64,000 bases of DNA, from the NCBI GenBank assembly GCA_963804995.1, contig CAWDSK010000006.1, forward strand, positions 256,001 to 320,000, written 5' to 3'. The translations under genes were made by a program, and so were the position numbers. The notes beneath the pieces are model-generated. The model was not told the DNA's origin and did no database searches. It saw only the letters and a program-made list of their open reading frames with translations. The stretch is from an uncultured Acidobacteriota bacterium (GTDB lineage Bacteria > Acidobacteriota > Terriglobia > UBA7540). Shown one piece after another: positions 30,947 through 41,539 of this stretch; position 1 is the stretch's first letter; each line of letters starts with the position of its first letter.

Positions 30947-31740
30947 TCAAAAGTGCATCTTGATACCGAATTGAATCTGCCGTCCATTTTGACGGGTTGT
31001 ATTCACCTCTCCGAAATTAGGGTCATTGATTAGGCTAAACGGAGCAGCGAAGGTACTTTGGTTCAAGATGTTGAAGAACTCTCCTCGGGACTCCACCGAT
31101 TTGTTCTCTCCGAAAGGCCAGCTCTTTGTGAAGGCAGAATTCCAATTCAGCAGGGGATCGGAGAAGAGAGCGTGCTTGCCCGCATCGCCGGCGGTCCCAT
31201 ACAGAGGCATTTGGTAGGCTGCAGTATTGAACCACTCCGTTGAGGTTCGCTTCGAGATCGCGTTGGGATCACCGACCCAATTGGGGAATTCATCCAGGCG
31301 TCCGACGCCACCGATGTTCTCATTGTCACCTTCGATAAACACGAAATAGGGTGCGCCGCTATCGGCCGCGACATACCCGGATAGTGACCAATTCGCGAGC
31401 GCCGCATTCGCCCATTTGCTTTGAGTCTTGAAGGAAATGCCATAGGTATAGCTCGCGGTGAAGATCTTCTCGATGTCGTACGCCGTGGGCCCCCAAAACT
31501 GGCCGAAGCTAAACCGCGTAGGGTTGGCGTTGTAATTCGGGAAAATCGCCGATGTGGCGTCGCCTATCGAGTCCATGTTATCCAGGGCCTTCTGCCATGC
31601 GAAGGCGACCAGGAAAGTCAAACTATGCGAGGTGCGTTTGTTGAGTTTCACACTCAGGCCATTGTACTTTGAGCTGTTTTCGTGATAGTGGTTCTCGACA
31701 TAAGGGGGGAAATTGGGCCATCGCTACCTATTCTGGTACG
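30947..31740 (-). pseudogene. C-terminal fragment of a third TBDR paralog
   Basis: FLVAFAWQKALDNMDSIG...RQIQFGIKMHF matches copies 1 and 2; 5' three-quarters missing. Confidence 0.88.
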
Positions 31741-32054
31741 GGGCCAAATGACCTCACAAGAAGCGTAGCAGCACCTGATCTGCTGGCCCGGTCTGGTAAT
31801 TCTTCCTTTTCTGGAAACCGAAATACCTTTCGAATTCCCAGGGTTTGAGCTTGAGTTCCATGGCGGTGTTTGGCTGAATTCCTTATCTCGCCTCCTTAGC
31901 CGGTGCCCTCGCCGGTGGAGCCACCTCGGGCTGGTTGGTGCGGCGCGGTGTCGGAACAACAAAAGCTCGTCGTAGAAGCTTTGTCGCAATTCCGGAAGAC
32001 CCATGCCCGCTAAGCGCCAGAAAGGCCAGCGAAGCAGATTCACATTGGTATCGA

Positions 32055-33029
32055 TCATAGCTGTACCCTTTCGCCTTGAGGATGGGTTGTAGCACGCGGC
32101 GTAGGTTCCCGCCCAGGATTAGGCGGCGCGTTCGAGTCGGATATATCGGCGCCCATCACCTTGCCGAGCTGCGAAGCAAAGCTGCGCCCACCTACGTCGC
32201 TGCCGTACATGACATGCTCAGGACCCAGTTCCCAAACCGCCATCTCCGTGTAGCCTGCCGTGGGATCGGACCCGCACAGGTCGGCGTAGACGTTTTTCAC
32301 GCCGCGGATGGCGCGAATTCCCAATTCCCATTTCCCGCCCGTGTGACCACACACGACGGTGACAGAAGGATGCCACCGCGCGAGCGCCGCGACTTCCATG
32401 GGAGTCGATTCCGCGGTGTCCTCCGGCCCCAGAGTATTGATCCAGGTGTGGTGCATGATGACGGCCTTCAGCTCGCCGGCGCGCTCGAAGATGGGATCGA
32501 GAAAATCGAGCGGGCGCGGCGCACCGTACGTCGGAGCACCCGGCTGTTCATTGGGATGCCGCAGCGTGTCATACTCAAACTTCAGTCCGACCATGGGGCC
32601 ATCGCGTACACAGCGGTTCACTTCATCGAGGCAGGCTTGTATATCGTGGAAAGGGTCGATGAAAGCGTAGCCCAAGGTACGGCCGTTCGAGTACTTGAGC
32701 GCTTCCATCACCTCGTCGTTTTGTTGACGCATTCCTTCTGCGCCGACGTGAAATTGCTCCTTCATCCCCAGGAAGACGCACATTCGCTCCACGCCCATGC
32801 GGTCGGCGAAACGCAGCATGTCCTCCATTCGTTCCCGTGGGGTTGAGCCCGAGAAGCCGATCAGATGGGTGCGCCCGTCCCAGACGTGCAGGGACTTGAG
32901 GGTGGCCAGATCATCGAGCTCTGGGGAACCCGCCAGAGACGGGAGCGCGTTGCCCGCAACGCCTGCGACCGCCAGTCCTGCGGCGGCGCGGCACATGAAA
33001 CCACGCCGCGACCACAGCCCACACTTCAT
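32055..33029 (-). CDS. Tat-exported amidohydrolase-family protein (C-terminal frameshift likely)
   Basis: SRRGFM Tat; VCGHTGG, YGSD; followed by the start of a second hydrolase remnant MIDTNVNLLRWPF at 32058. Confidence 0.8.
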   Translation of the reverse strand: MKCGLWSRRGFMCRAAAGLAVAGVAGNALPSLAGSPELDDLATLKSLHVWDGRTHLIGFSGSTPRERMEDMLRFADRMGVERMCVFLGMKEQFHVGAEGMRQQNDEVMEALKYSNGRTLGYAFIDPFHDIQACLDEVNRCVRDGPMVGLKFEYDTLRHPNEQPGAPTYGAPRPLDFLDPIFERAGELKAVIMHHTWINTLGPEDTAESTPMEVAALARWHPSVTVVCGHTGGKWELGIRAIRGVKNVYADLCGSDPTAGYTEMAVWELGPEHVMYGSDVGGRSFASQLGKVMGADISDSNAPPNPGREPTPRATTHPQGERVQL

Positions 33030-33064
33030 AGTGCGTTCTCCCGGCAGAGTCCAGGCAAGCTTCG

Positions 33065-34258
33065 TCAAACCCTGACGAAAATCCGCTTCTTGTACATGAC
33101 CGTCAGAATGCCCAGCCACAGCGCCATCCAGGCGAAGGCATAGAGTTCTGATCCATGCATAGGCCCGACCCACGAAGCAAGGTGGCCGTAGATGAGCGAT
33201 TTCAAGGTGACAATGGCGCCATTGGCCGTATGGAGTCTGACCAATTCGAGGTCGGTCAGCGAAGAGCTATCGCCCCCCAGCACCCAGAGAAAAAGTGAGT
33301 TGACCCCGACGATCACGAAGGGCTTCGTCCACCAGGTGATCTTCCGGACGTCGGCCAGATAATAGCAGCAGGCCAGGATGACGAGCGCCATTCCAGAGAT
33401 GAAAAGCACGAGGGAACTGGTCCAGAGGTTCTGGTTGATGGGAAGCCAGACGCTCCAAACCAAGCCCGCGAGAAGTCCCAGGTTTCCCGCCACCAGAAAG
33501 TGGCGGACCTTTTGGATCGCCGGGCGCGAGGAGCGGAGATACAGCCCCGTCAGTACACCGAGCAGCATTTGGGCAATGGCGGGCAGTGTGCCTAGCCAGC
33601 CCTTTGACTCCCACGTGCGGCTCGCCAGATGTCCGGGCATGACATGCATATCGATGTACTGCACCCAGTTTCCGTCTCTTACCAGCATTCCCGCGCCATG
33701 CCCGGGAACGGGAATGAACTTCAACAGAACAAAGTAAAGCACCAGAATCGTGGCAGAGGTGATGGCCAGTCCCTTGGGTTTGAGCTTCAGGTAGAGAAGA
33801 GAAGCGAAGAAATAGCAGAGAGCGATTCTTTGCAGCGCGCCGAAAATGCGAATGTTCGCGAGGTGATAGCGGTCATGCCCGCCCATGAAATTCGTATACC
33901 AGTTCATGAAGACACCGACGGCGAACAGGATCGTGGTGCGCTGCAGAATATGGGCGACGAGCTTTCCCTTCGATTCCCTCCGAGCCAGCCGCCCGGCAAA
34001 GGAATACGGCATGGCGACGCCAACGATGAAAATGAAAAACGGGAAGATCAGATCCGCGATCGTCCAGCCGTTCCACCGGACATGCGTAAGCGGCGCATAG
34101 GTAAAGCGCTCGTTGCCGGGCATGTTCACCACGGTCATGGCGATAAGGGTCATACCGCGAAAGATGTCCAGTGAGAGCAACCGCTCCTTGGGACGCACGA
34201 GTGGAGGTGGGGAACTTTCACTGTCGACCACTACTGCTGGCGTTGCTGGGCTGCTCAT
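33065..34258 (-). CDS. Heparan-alpha-glucosaminide N-acetyltransferase-like membrane protein (DUF5009-type)
   Basis: RLLSLDIFRG, VNMPG, WNGWTIADLIFPFFIFIVG, LQRIA, NLWTSS. Confidence 0.9.
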   Translation of the reverse strand: MSSPATPAVVVDSESSPPPLVRPKERLLSLDIFRGMTLIAMTVVNMPGNERFTYAPLTHVRWNGWTIADLIFPFFIFIVGVAMPYSFAGRLARRESKGKLVAHILQRTTILFAVGVFMNWYTNFMGGHDRYHLANIRIFGALQRIALCYFFASLLYLKLKPKGLAITSATILVLYFVLLKFIPVPGHGAGMLVRDGNWVQYIDMHVMPGHLASRTWESKGWLGTLPAIAQMLLGVLTGLYLRSSRPAIQKVRHFLVAGNLGLLAGLVWSVWLPINQNLWTSSLVLFISGMALVILACCYYLADVRKITWWTKPFVIVGVNSLFLWVLGGDSSSLTDLELVRLHTANGAIVTLKSLIYGHLASWVGPMHGSELYAFAWMALWLGILTVMYKKRIFVRV

Positions 34259-34409
34259 TTCTCTCTCCTGTTGAACAGATGAGCGTCATGATAGCTTTCT
34301 CCAGACCCTGACAAAAATGCTCTTCGGCATGACACCTGTGTTCTTTAATTCTATGGGAATTTGGGGTCTCCCTTGGCTCAGGTACCACCGTGTACCGCAT
34401 GGCGGCGGA

Positions 34410-34728
34410 GTGGAGGACTACCCTCGAGAACCTGACGGAGTTCGCAACCCGTCTTGCCACGCAGGAGGCTCGTCGGCAGTATCTTTTCCGCCTCCGCCGG
34501 CCTGGTCGGTTTCGGTGTTCGCGCGATCGGCGTGAGAAGTATTGGCTGCTGCGCGGCGTACTCCTGCAGTGTACGGGCTGCAGTCATCAGGCCTCGGACA
34601 CCATCAGGCAAAACACGCGTAGCTCCGTGCCGTTGTGGTTTCGGGCCATGTGGTGGGTGGCCGCCCAGCAAAACGGTGCCAGAGTCTTCGGTCTGCAGGT
34701 AGATTCTTGCCCAAGACCGACGCTTTAA
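34410..34728 (+). pseudogene. IS1595-family transposase N-terminal fragment
   Basis: DYPR...YLFRLR..FRC..QCTGCSHQAS..WFRAMWW..NG, degenerate Zn ribbon. Confidence 0.75.
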
Positions 34729-35289
34729 AATAGACAGATATAAATTGAGACAGCCAGCCTCTGACACCCTCGGGATTCTCGAAGGTCCCTCCGACGTTGG
34801 CCTGTCAACCGTTGTAGTTCCCGTGCTGCGCATCTAAGGTGTTCGCTCTAATCTAATATCAACTAACATGTCAGATGGCCCAAATACTGTCGATGTCGGA
34901 GAATGTCAAGCTATTTCTCGGGGGCGTTTTTTCGAGCAGATTCCTGGGGTATCACTGCAAAATATGAGTGCCCGCCTGTTTGCCTTCGAGGCCTATTACC
35001 ACTTCGCGGTCCGTGGACCGCGTGTGTTTGCCATTTCCGGATTTCGGCCCGCCGGTGGGGCCTTGCGCTGGTACAGAACATGCGTTGTCGGTCTGAGGCG
35101 AAGCCTCGCTTGTGTCATGCATCTAGCCCTTCCTTAAACCTGGGGATCTTGCTCATGCTCCCCTCAACAGGCGCACTCCAAACAAGTACTACGCGATTCT
35201 GATTGTGATTCTGGATGTGGTTTTGGTTGGGGGTGAGGCGGGCTTTCACATTATGGAGCCATCCTCAATGTAGGCATTGCTGGGTGAGC

Positions 35290-36190
35290 TCACGAAACTA
35301 GCGTTCGGCCAGATTCACCCAGGAACTCGAAGTGGGAGTGAAGTGCAGGTGAAAGCGCGGATGCCGCTGCAGCCACGTTTTCACGCGACGATGCTTGTGC
35401 GTGCCACATTCGTCCACGATCAAGTGCAGGTCCAAGGGCGGGGAAGCTTGGGTGATAATGTGCTTCAGAAGACGGATGCTTTCCCGATGCCGGTGCTGAG
35501 GCATGAAGTCGCCGGTGACCACCCCATCGAGCGTGCTGAGCACTGCGAACGGGATGGTCGTCCCATGGCGTTTGTAGTCGTGCGTCATCGTGCTACAACG
35601 TCCTTCCTTCATGGGCAGACCGGGCTGGGCGCGGTCGACGGTTTGGATTTGGATCTTCTCGCCGACGTACAAGACGAGTGCATTGTCAGGAGGTTTAGAT
35701 GGAAACCCACGATGTCGTGGAGTTTCTGCGCAAACTTAGGATCGCCCCACAGCTTGAAGGTTCGCACCCCATGGGGCTTAAGGTTGTGTTATTTCTAGAC
35801 GCAGCGAATGGTGGCTTCGCTAAGACCTTAGGCCCCAGCCATGCTGCGTGTGCTCAAATAGGTCGTGTGGGGCGGTCGGCTGTGTAGAATCGCCTCTAAG
35901 AAGGCGCGGACTTTGCTCTCCGCGATGCGTGGAATCCGACCGGGAAAAGGGGCGTCAGTCTCCAGCCCGGACGAGCACAGCGCCAAGAAGTGCTGCCACC
36001 AAAGCTGCACCCTCGGGCGGGATACTCCCAACTGTTGAGCAATCTCCCGCAAAGGATGCCGGTCGCAGCCATGAGGATGATCTGCGCACGCGGCACTACC
36101 CGCCGGGGCGGACTTCTGACCCGCGCCCAGACCTCCGGCGTGCTTCGCGCTTCTGGTGTCAAAAGGATCGAAGCTGCTCTTCTGATCATG
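35290..36190 (-). pseudogene. IS630-family transposase, decayed
   Basis: RAQIILMAA HTH; QPGLPMK..TMTHDYKRHGTT..HFTPTSSSWVNLAER split over frames. Confidence 0.85.
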
Positions 36191-36818
36191 CAGCCGAGCA
36201 TAACGGGGTCAGCCGAAAGGATTTGACGCATTTCTGAAGAATTACGCTAAAATGTTTGAGTGCGAGTCGTTCATAATAGTTCACCCGTCATTTACCTCAA
36301 GCTGTCGCGTGATGCTCTGTCGCCTACAGATATTTGTAATGCCCTCTGAGTACTACATTGGAAAGGGATGGTTATCGAACAATTCGGTTTGCATCGAGAA
36401 CATCGCGAGCAGAGCTAGGCGGCAACGCATGCGCCTCAAGGCCCTGCGCGCCACTCGGCTTAGTTCTCCGGAGTTCTGGGGATAGAAAGTCGGTGATTCA
36501 CGCTACTTGCAGTATCCCCGAAGGTACTCCAACGGGTTCGTCGCCCCCGCCTGGGCCGGCAGAACCTACTGTCTCCCTTTGTGCCCGGACACGAAATCTC
36601 GAAGCGACCGGTTCGGGCTAACTGCTGCTTCCAACGGTTCACTTATAGACGGCTCTCCCAAGCTGCCTTCAGCCGGCGTCGTTTTAGGGTTTCGAAATCA
36701 CGTTTGCACTAACGTTTCACTGTGGCTGGATTTTCCAGACTGGTAACCCAATCTGTACAGAAAGACGAAACTACATTATCTGATGCTTAATAGATATAAA
36801 GGGGTGAGTTGAGTCAAG

Positions 36819-37631
36819 ATGGACAAAAGCCACAACAGGAACCGCAGCCTTTCTGAACAGGCTTACCGCTTCATTCGGGACGGAATCCTACAAGGGCAGT
36901 TACCGATGGGCACTCCAATATCACGCCGGAAGTTGGCTCTCCAATTTGGGATGAGCCTCTTACCGGTCTCGGAGGCCATTCTGCGCCTCAAACATGAAGG
37001 GCTGGTGGAGAGTCGGCCCCGCGCGGGAACGAGGGTTCGCATTCCCACGCCACAAGAAATACGAGACCTCTATGTCATGCGGGAAGCCCTGGAAAGCCAA
37101 TCCGCGCGACTTTTTGCCGAGAAGGCTAGTCCCCGCGAACGGCGTGAGGTGCGCGAAATGGCGGAGAACTTGGACGCGAAGTTCGAGCAATGCAGGAACA
37201 AAGACGCTGATCCCAAAATCATTTATCACGCCTTCGATTATCATTTGTCATTACACGTGCGAATCGCCGAATGCACAGGGAGCATTGCTCTGCATAATGC
37301 GATCAAAACAAACAATCTCTTAATCTATAATTGGATTTTGGACATCGCAGCGCAAATGCCTATCCGTATGCCAGCGCACTATCATCGGAAAGTAATCGAT
37401 GTAATCGCGGGACCCGATCCCGAAGCGGCGGACGCTGCGATGCGCCAACACGTGCGCTCCGGCCTAAAAGAGACTCTGGCTGCGGCTATCTCCATCCTTG
37501 GGCCGGGCGTCGGTCGTTTCAAGCCATCGGGAGCGTCGCATTCGGTGTCGCAGTCAAATTCAGCAGCCCAAGGGACCTGGAGGTCTAGAGCTCAGCACGC
37601 CGTGCATCTGTCCTCAGACAACAACTGGTAG
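36819..37631 (+). CDS. GntR-family (FCD) transcriptional regulator
   Basis: LSEQAY..GMSLLPVSEAILRLKHEGLVESRPRAGTRV; stop codon lies in the intron 3' end. Confidence 0.9.
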   Translation: MDKSHNRNRSLSEQAYRFIRDGILQGQLPMGTPISRRKLALQFGMSLLPVSEAILRLKHEGLVESRPRAGTRVRIPTPQEIRDLYVMREALESQSARLFAEKASPRERREVREMAENLDAKFEQCRNKDADPKIIYHAFDYHLSLHVRIAECTGSIALHNAIKTNNLLIYNWILDIAAQMPIRMPAHYHRKVIDVIAGPDPEAADAAMRQHVRSGLKETLAAAISILGPGVGRFKPSGASHSVSQSNSAAQGTWRSRAQHAVHLSSDNNW

Positions 37632-39583
37632 GGTCGGGAACTGGCGCGGCGGCTCCGAGAAAGCTCCGAGCCCCGTTTCCAGCTCCCGCCACATCACACG
37701 TAGCGTGCGGATTTCCCGCACTACGCGTTCCTGCACACTTCACGGCAAGGGTTATGGGGCCTATCGGGTCGGGGCGGCTGCCCAGGAGGATGACTGATGG
37801 ACCACGCGGTACTCGTGGAAGAGCCCGAGCGTGCCATACAGCCACTCCTTACGCCACCGCTTCCATCCGAAGCCTGGGCGTTGTCTGGCCCTCGCCAAGT
37901 GGCACCGAATCTTCTTCTCTACCCAGTCGCGGATATACGAGAAGCACCGGCTGGAGTGCCCGACCGCAAAGTAGTTCACCCAGCCGCGCAGAATGGGATT
38001 GATCTGCTCGATCAACCCCCTCACAGGCTGAGAGCGATAGCTCCGGAAAACTAGCTTGAGCTTGCGTAGCAATGCCGTCCGCTTCTTGCCCCGCGGCGTA
38101 CGCAGCGGCATCCATCGGCCCCGCCGACTGCGGATGCGACGGAACTCAAACCCCAGAAATCCGAAACTCTCTCCTTGCTGAAGATCCACCCTCCGGCTTT
38201 TCTCCTCGTTCACCTCAACCTGCAGCTTGGCCAACTCCTCCCGTAGCCGCTTTTCCACTGCCTTGCGAAGCCAGGCCTGCCGGGGATGAGCGTTCACCAG
38301 AACCACCAGATCATCGGCGAATCTGGCATATTCGACGTTCATCCACCGCCCCTCGCGGGTGACTTCCTTCGCCTTTTCCAGCATCTTGTCCACCTCATTG
38401 AGGTACACGTTACTGAGCAAGGGCGAAATCACCCCGCCTTGCGGAACACCCTGCTTCCCCGACGCCTTCAGCAGCAGTTTGAGCAGCCCTAGGACCTCGG
38501 TGTCGTTCACTCGCCGTGCCACCTTCTCCAGTACGAGGGAATGTCGAACCGTATCGAAGTAGGAACGCAAGTCGAGATCAACGACAAAGGTCATGTGCCG
38601 CACGATTGCCTCCGAGACGCGTTGAATCGCAGCGTGGGCTGACTTCTTCGGCCGGTAGCCAAACAATCCCGGTTGGAAATCGGCCTCAAAGATCGGTTCC
38701 AGGATCAGCTTCAACGCTCCCTGGACCACTCGGTCGCGAATGCAAGGAATCGAAAGTTGGCGAACCTTTCCGCCCTCCTTCGGAATCCCTACCTTCCGCA
38801 GCCGTCGAGGTCGATATCTCCGCTGCACCAGCTCCTCGCGAAGCTGTTCGAGAAATCCCTGCAAGCCTTCAGCCTCGATTGCCTGGAACGTGACCCCATC
38901 TACTCCTGGGGCTCCCTTGTTCTCCTTAGCTAGCTGATACGCTTCCCAGAGAGTTTCTCGTTTGCAGACGTGGACATACAACCCCCAGAATCGCCAAGTC
39001 GGTTCAGCCTTCGCCTTGACGTAAAGTCTTCGCCGCAGGTCTTGCAGCTTAAAGGGCGCTTTTATCATTTCACCCCTGCCTCCCATGTTGGCCAAGACTT
39101 GCTGTGCAGCAAGGCCCCTTCGCTCCATGGGCGTTACCCCACTTCGTCGCTACTTCGAGCCTAACCGCCACCGTCTCGCCGTCAGCCGATTTCCCGTTGT
39201 CTCCGGTTATACGGCCTACCCTGCTCCACCGATCTCTCGATGGGACGAGGACGGTTTCTCCAGTTGCTTGACATGCCCTTGCCACCGTGCTGCCCCTACC
39301 ACCCCGCCGGAGTGACATGTCGTCTCGGTCAGCCCACGTCATGCCATGCTGCCTTCGCCCCGAAGGAGAGGGCTCGGCCTCCGGATCTATTTTTTTGTCG
39401 AGGCCACCTATGGGTTCACTTGCGTTACGGCCCGGTGACTCGCTCACCATCCCTTGGATGGCTTTGTCGGTCAGCTTCATCCGCTTCGTTTCCTCCACGG
39501 ATGCGACCCAAGCTACAAGGCTCCTGACTCTTGCCTTGGTGGGACTAACTCCCACTGAACATACCAGCCTTTGCTGGACACAC
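37628..39583 (-). mobile_element. Group II intron, copy A (1956 bp)
   Basis: 5' GTGTG, 3' CCCGACCCTAC; domain V CGC-GTAGTGCGGGAAATCCGCACGCTAC; encodes an RT. Confidence 0.95.
37761..39068 (-). CDS. ltrA: Group II intron reverse transcriptase/maturase, no endonuclease domain
   Basis: GAPGVDG, DRVVQ, FGYRP, GVPQGGVISPLLSN, RFADD, FLGF, RGWVNYF. Confidence 0.95.
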   Translation of the reverse strand: MIKAPFKLQDLRRRLYVKAKAEPTWRFWGLYVHVCKRETLWEAYQLAKENKGAPGVDGVTFQAIEAEGLQGFLEQLREELVQRRYRPRRLRKVGIPKEGGKVRQLSIPCIRDRVVQGALKLILEPIFEADFQPGLFGYRPKKSAHAAIQRVSEAIVRHMTFVVDLDLRSYFDTVRHSLVLEKVARRVNDTEVLGLLKLLLKASGKQGVPQGGVISPLLSNVYLNEVDKMLEKAKEVTREGRWMNVEYARFADDLVVLVNAHPRQAWLRKAVEKRLREELAKLQVEVNEEKSRRVDLQQGESFGFLGFEFRRIRSRRGRWMPLRTPRGKKRTALLRKLKLVFRSYRSQPVRGLIEQINPILRGWVNYFAVGHSSRCFSYIRDWVEKKIRCHLARARQRPGFGWKRWRKEWLYGTLGLFHEYRVVHQSSSWAAAPTR

Positions 39584-41539
39584 GTAGGGTCGGGAACTGG
39601 CGCGGCGGCTCCGAGAAAGCTCCGAGCCCCGTTTCCAGCTCCCGCCACATCACACGTAGCGTGCGGATTTCCCGCACTACGCGTTCCTGCACACTTCACG
39701 GCAAGGGTTATGGGGCCTATCGGGTCGGGGCGGCTGCCCAGGAGGATGACTGATGGACCACGCGGTACTCGTGGAAGAGCCCGAGCGTGCCATACAGCCA
39801 CTCCTTACGCCACCGCTTCCATCCGAAGCCTGGGCGTTGTCTGGCCCTCGCCAAGTGGCACCGAATCTTCTTCTCTACCCAGTCGCGGATATACGAGAAG
39901 CACCGGCTGGAGTGCCCGACCGCAAAGTAGTTCACCCAGCCGCGCAGAATGGGATTGATCTGCTCGATCAACCCCCTCACAGGCTGAGAGCGATAGCTCC
40001 GGAAAACTAGCTTGAGCTTGCGTAGCAATGCCGTCCGCTTCTTGCCCCGCGGCGTACGCAGCGGCATCCATCGGCCCCGCCGACTGCGGATGCGACGGAA
40101 CTCAAACCCCAGAAATCCGAAACTCTCTCCTTGCTGAAGATCCACCCTCCGGCTTTTCTCCTCGTTCACCTCAACCTGCAGCTTGGCCAACTCCTCCCGT
40201 AGCCGCTTTTCCACTGCCTTGCGAAGCCAGGCCTGCCGGGGATGAGCGTTCACCAGAACCACCAGATCATCGGCGAATCTGGCATATTCGACGTTCATCC
40301 ACCGCCCCTCGCGGGTGACTTCCTTCGCCTTTTCCAGCATCTTGTCCACCTCATTGAGGTACACGTTACTGAGCAAGGGCGAAATCACCCCGCCTTGCGG
40401 AACACCCTGCTTCCCCGACGCCTTCAGCAGCAGTTTGAGCAGCCCTAGGACCTCGGTGTCGTTCACTCGCCGTGCCACCTTCTCCAGTACGAGGGAATGT
40501 CGAACCGTATCGAAGTAGGAACGCAAGTCGAGATCAACGACAAAGGTCATGTGCCGCACGATTGCCTCCGAGACGCGTTGAATCGCAGCGTGGGCTGACT
40601 TCTTCGGCCGGTAGCCAAACGATCCCGGTTGGAAATCGGCCTCAAAGATCGGTTCCAGGATCAGCTTCAACGCTCCCTGGACCACTCGGTCGCGAATGCA
40701 AGGAATCGAAAGTTGGCGAACCTTTCCGCCCTCCTTCGGAATCCCTACCTTCCGCAGCCGTCGAGGTCGATATCTCCGCTGCACCAGCTCCTCGCGAAGC
40801 TGTTCGAGAAATCCCTGCAAGCCTTCAGCCTCGATTGCCTGGAACGTGACCCCATCTACTCCTGGGGCTCCCTTGTTCTCCTTAGCTAGCTGATACGCTT
40901 CCCAGAGAGTTTCTCGTTTGCAGACGTGGACATACAACCCCCAGAATCGCCAAGTCGGTTCAGCCTTCGCCTTGACGTAAAGTCTTCGCCGCAGGTCTTG
41001 CAGCTTAAAGGGCGCTTTTATCATTTCACCCCTGCCTCCCATGTTGGCCAAGACTTGCTGTGCAGCAAGGCCCCTTCGCTCCATGGGCGTTACCCCACTT
41101 CGTCGCTACTTCGAGCCTAACCGCCACCGTCTCGCCGTCAGCCGATTTCCCGTTGTCTCCGGTTATACGGCCTACCCTGCTCCACCGATCTCTCGATGGG
41201 ACGAGGACGGTTTCTCCAGTTGCTTGACATGCCCTTGCCACCGTGCTGCCCCTACCACCCCGCCGGAGTGACATGTCGTCTCGGTCAGCCCACGTCATGC
41301 CATGCTGCCTTCGCCCCGAAGGAGAGGGCTCGGCCTCCGGATCTATTTTTTTGTCGAGGCCACCTATGGGTTCACTTGCGTTACGGCCCGGTGACTCGCT
41401 CACCATCCCTTGGATGGCTTTGTCGGTCAGCTTCATCCGCTTCGTTTCCTCCACGGATGCGACCCAAGCTACAAGGCTCCTGACTCTTGCCTTGGTGGGA
41501 CTAACTCCCACTGAACATACCAGCCTTTGCTGGACACAC
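39584..41539 (-). mobile_element. Group II intron, copy B (1956 bp), head-to-tail with copy A
   Basis: Matches copy A at offset 1956; one difference seen (38665 A / 40621 G). Confidence 0.95.
39717..41024 (-). CDS. ltrA: Group II intron reverse transcriptase/maturase
   Basis: Same as copy A but QPGSFGYRP rather than QPGLFGYRP. Confidence 0.95.
   Translation of the reverse strand: MIKAPFKLQDLRRRLYVKAKAEPTWRFWGLYVHVCKRETLWEAYQLAKENKGAPGVDGVTFQAIEAEGLQGFLEQLREELVQRRYRPRRLRKVGIPKEGGKVRQLSIPCIRDRVVQGALKLILEPIFEADFQPGSFGYRPKKSAHAAIQRVSEAIVRHMTFVVDLDLRSYFDTVRHSLVLEKVARRVNDTEVLGLLKLLLKASGKQGVPQGGVISPLLSNVYLNEVDKMLEKAKEVTREGRWMNVEYARFADDLVVLVNAHPRQAWLRKAVEKRLREELAKLQVEVNEEKSRRVDLQQGESFGFLGFEFRRIRSRRGRWMPLRTPRGKKRTALLRKLKLVFRSYRSQPVRGLIEQINPILRGWVNYFAVGHSSRCFSYIRDWVEKKIRCHLARARQRPGFGWKRWRKEWLYGTLGLFHEYRVVHQSSSWAAAPTR

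Noticed and set aside
37761..41024. Retron, DGR or Abi reverse transcriptase
   Set aside because: Clear group II intron termini, domain V and maturase domain; no TR/VR pair seen
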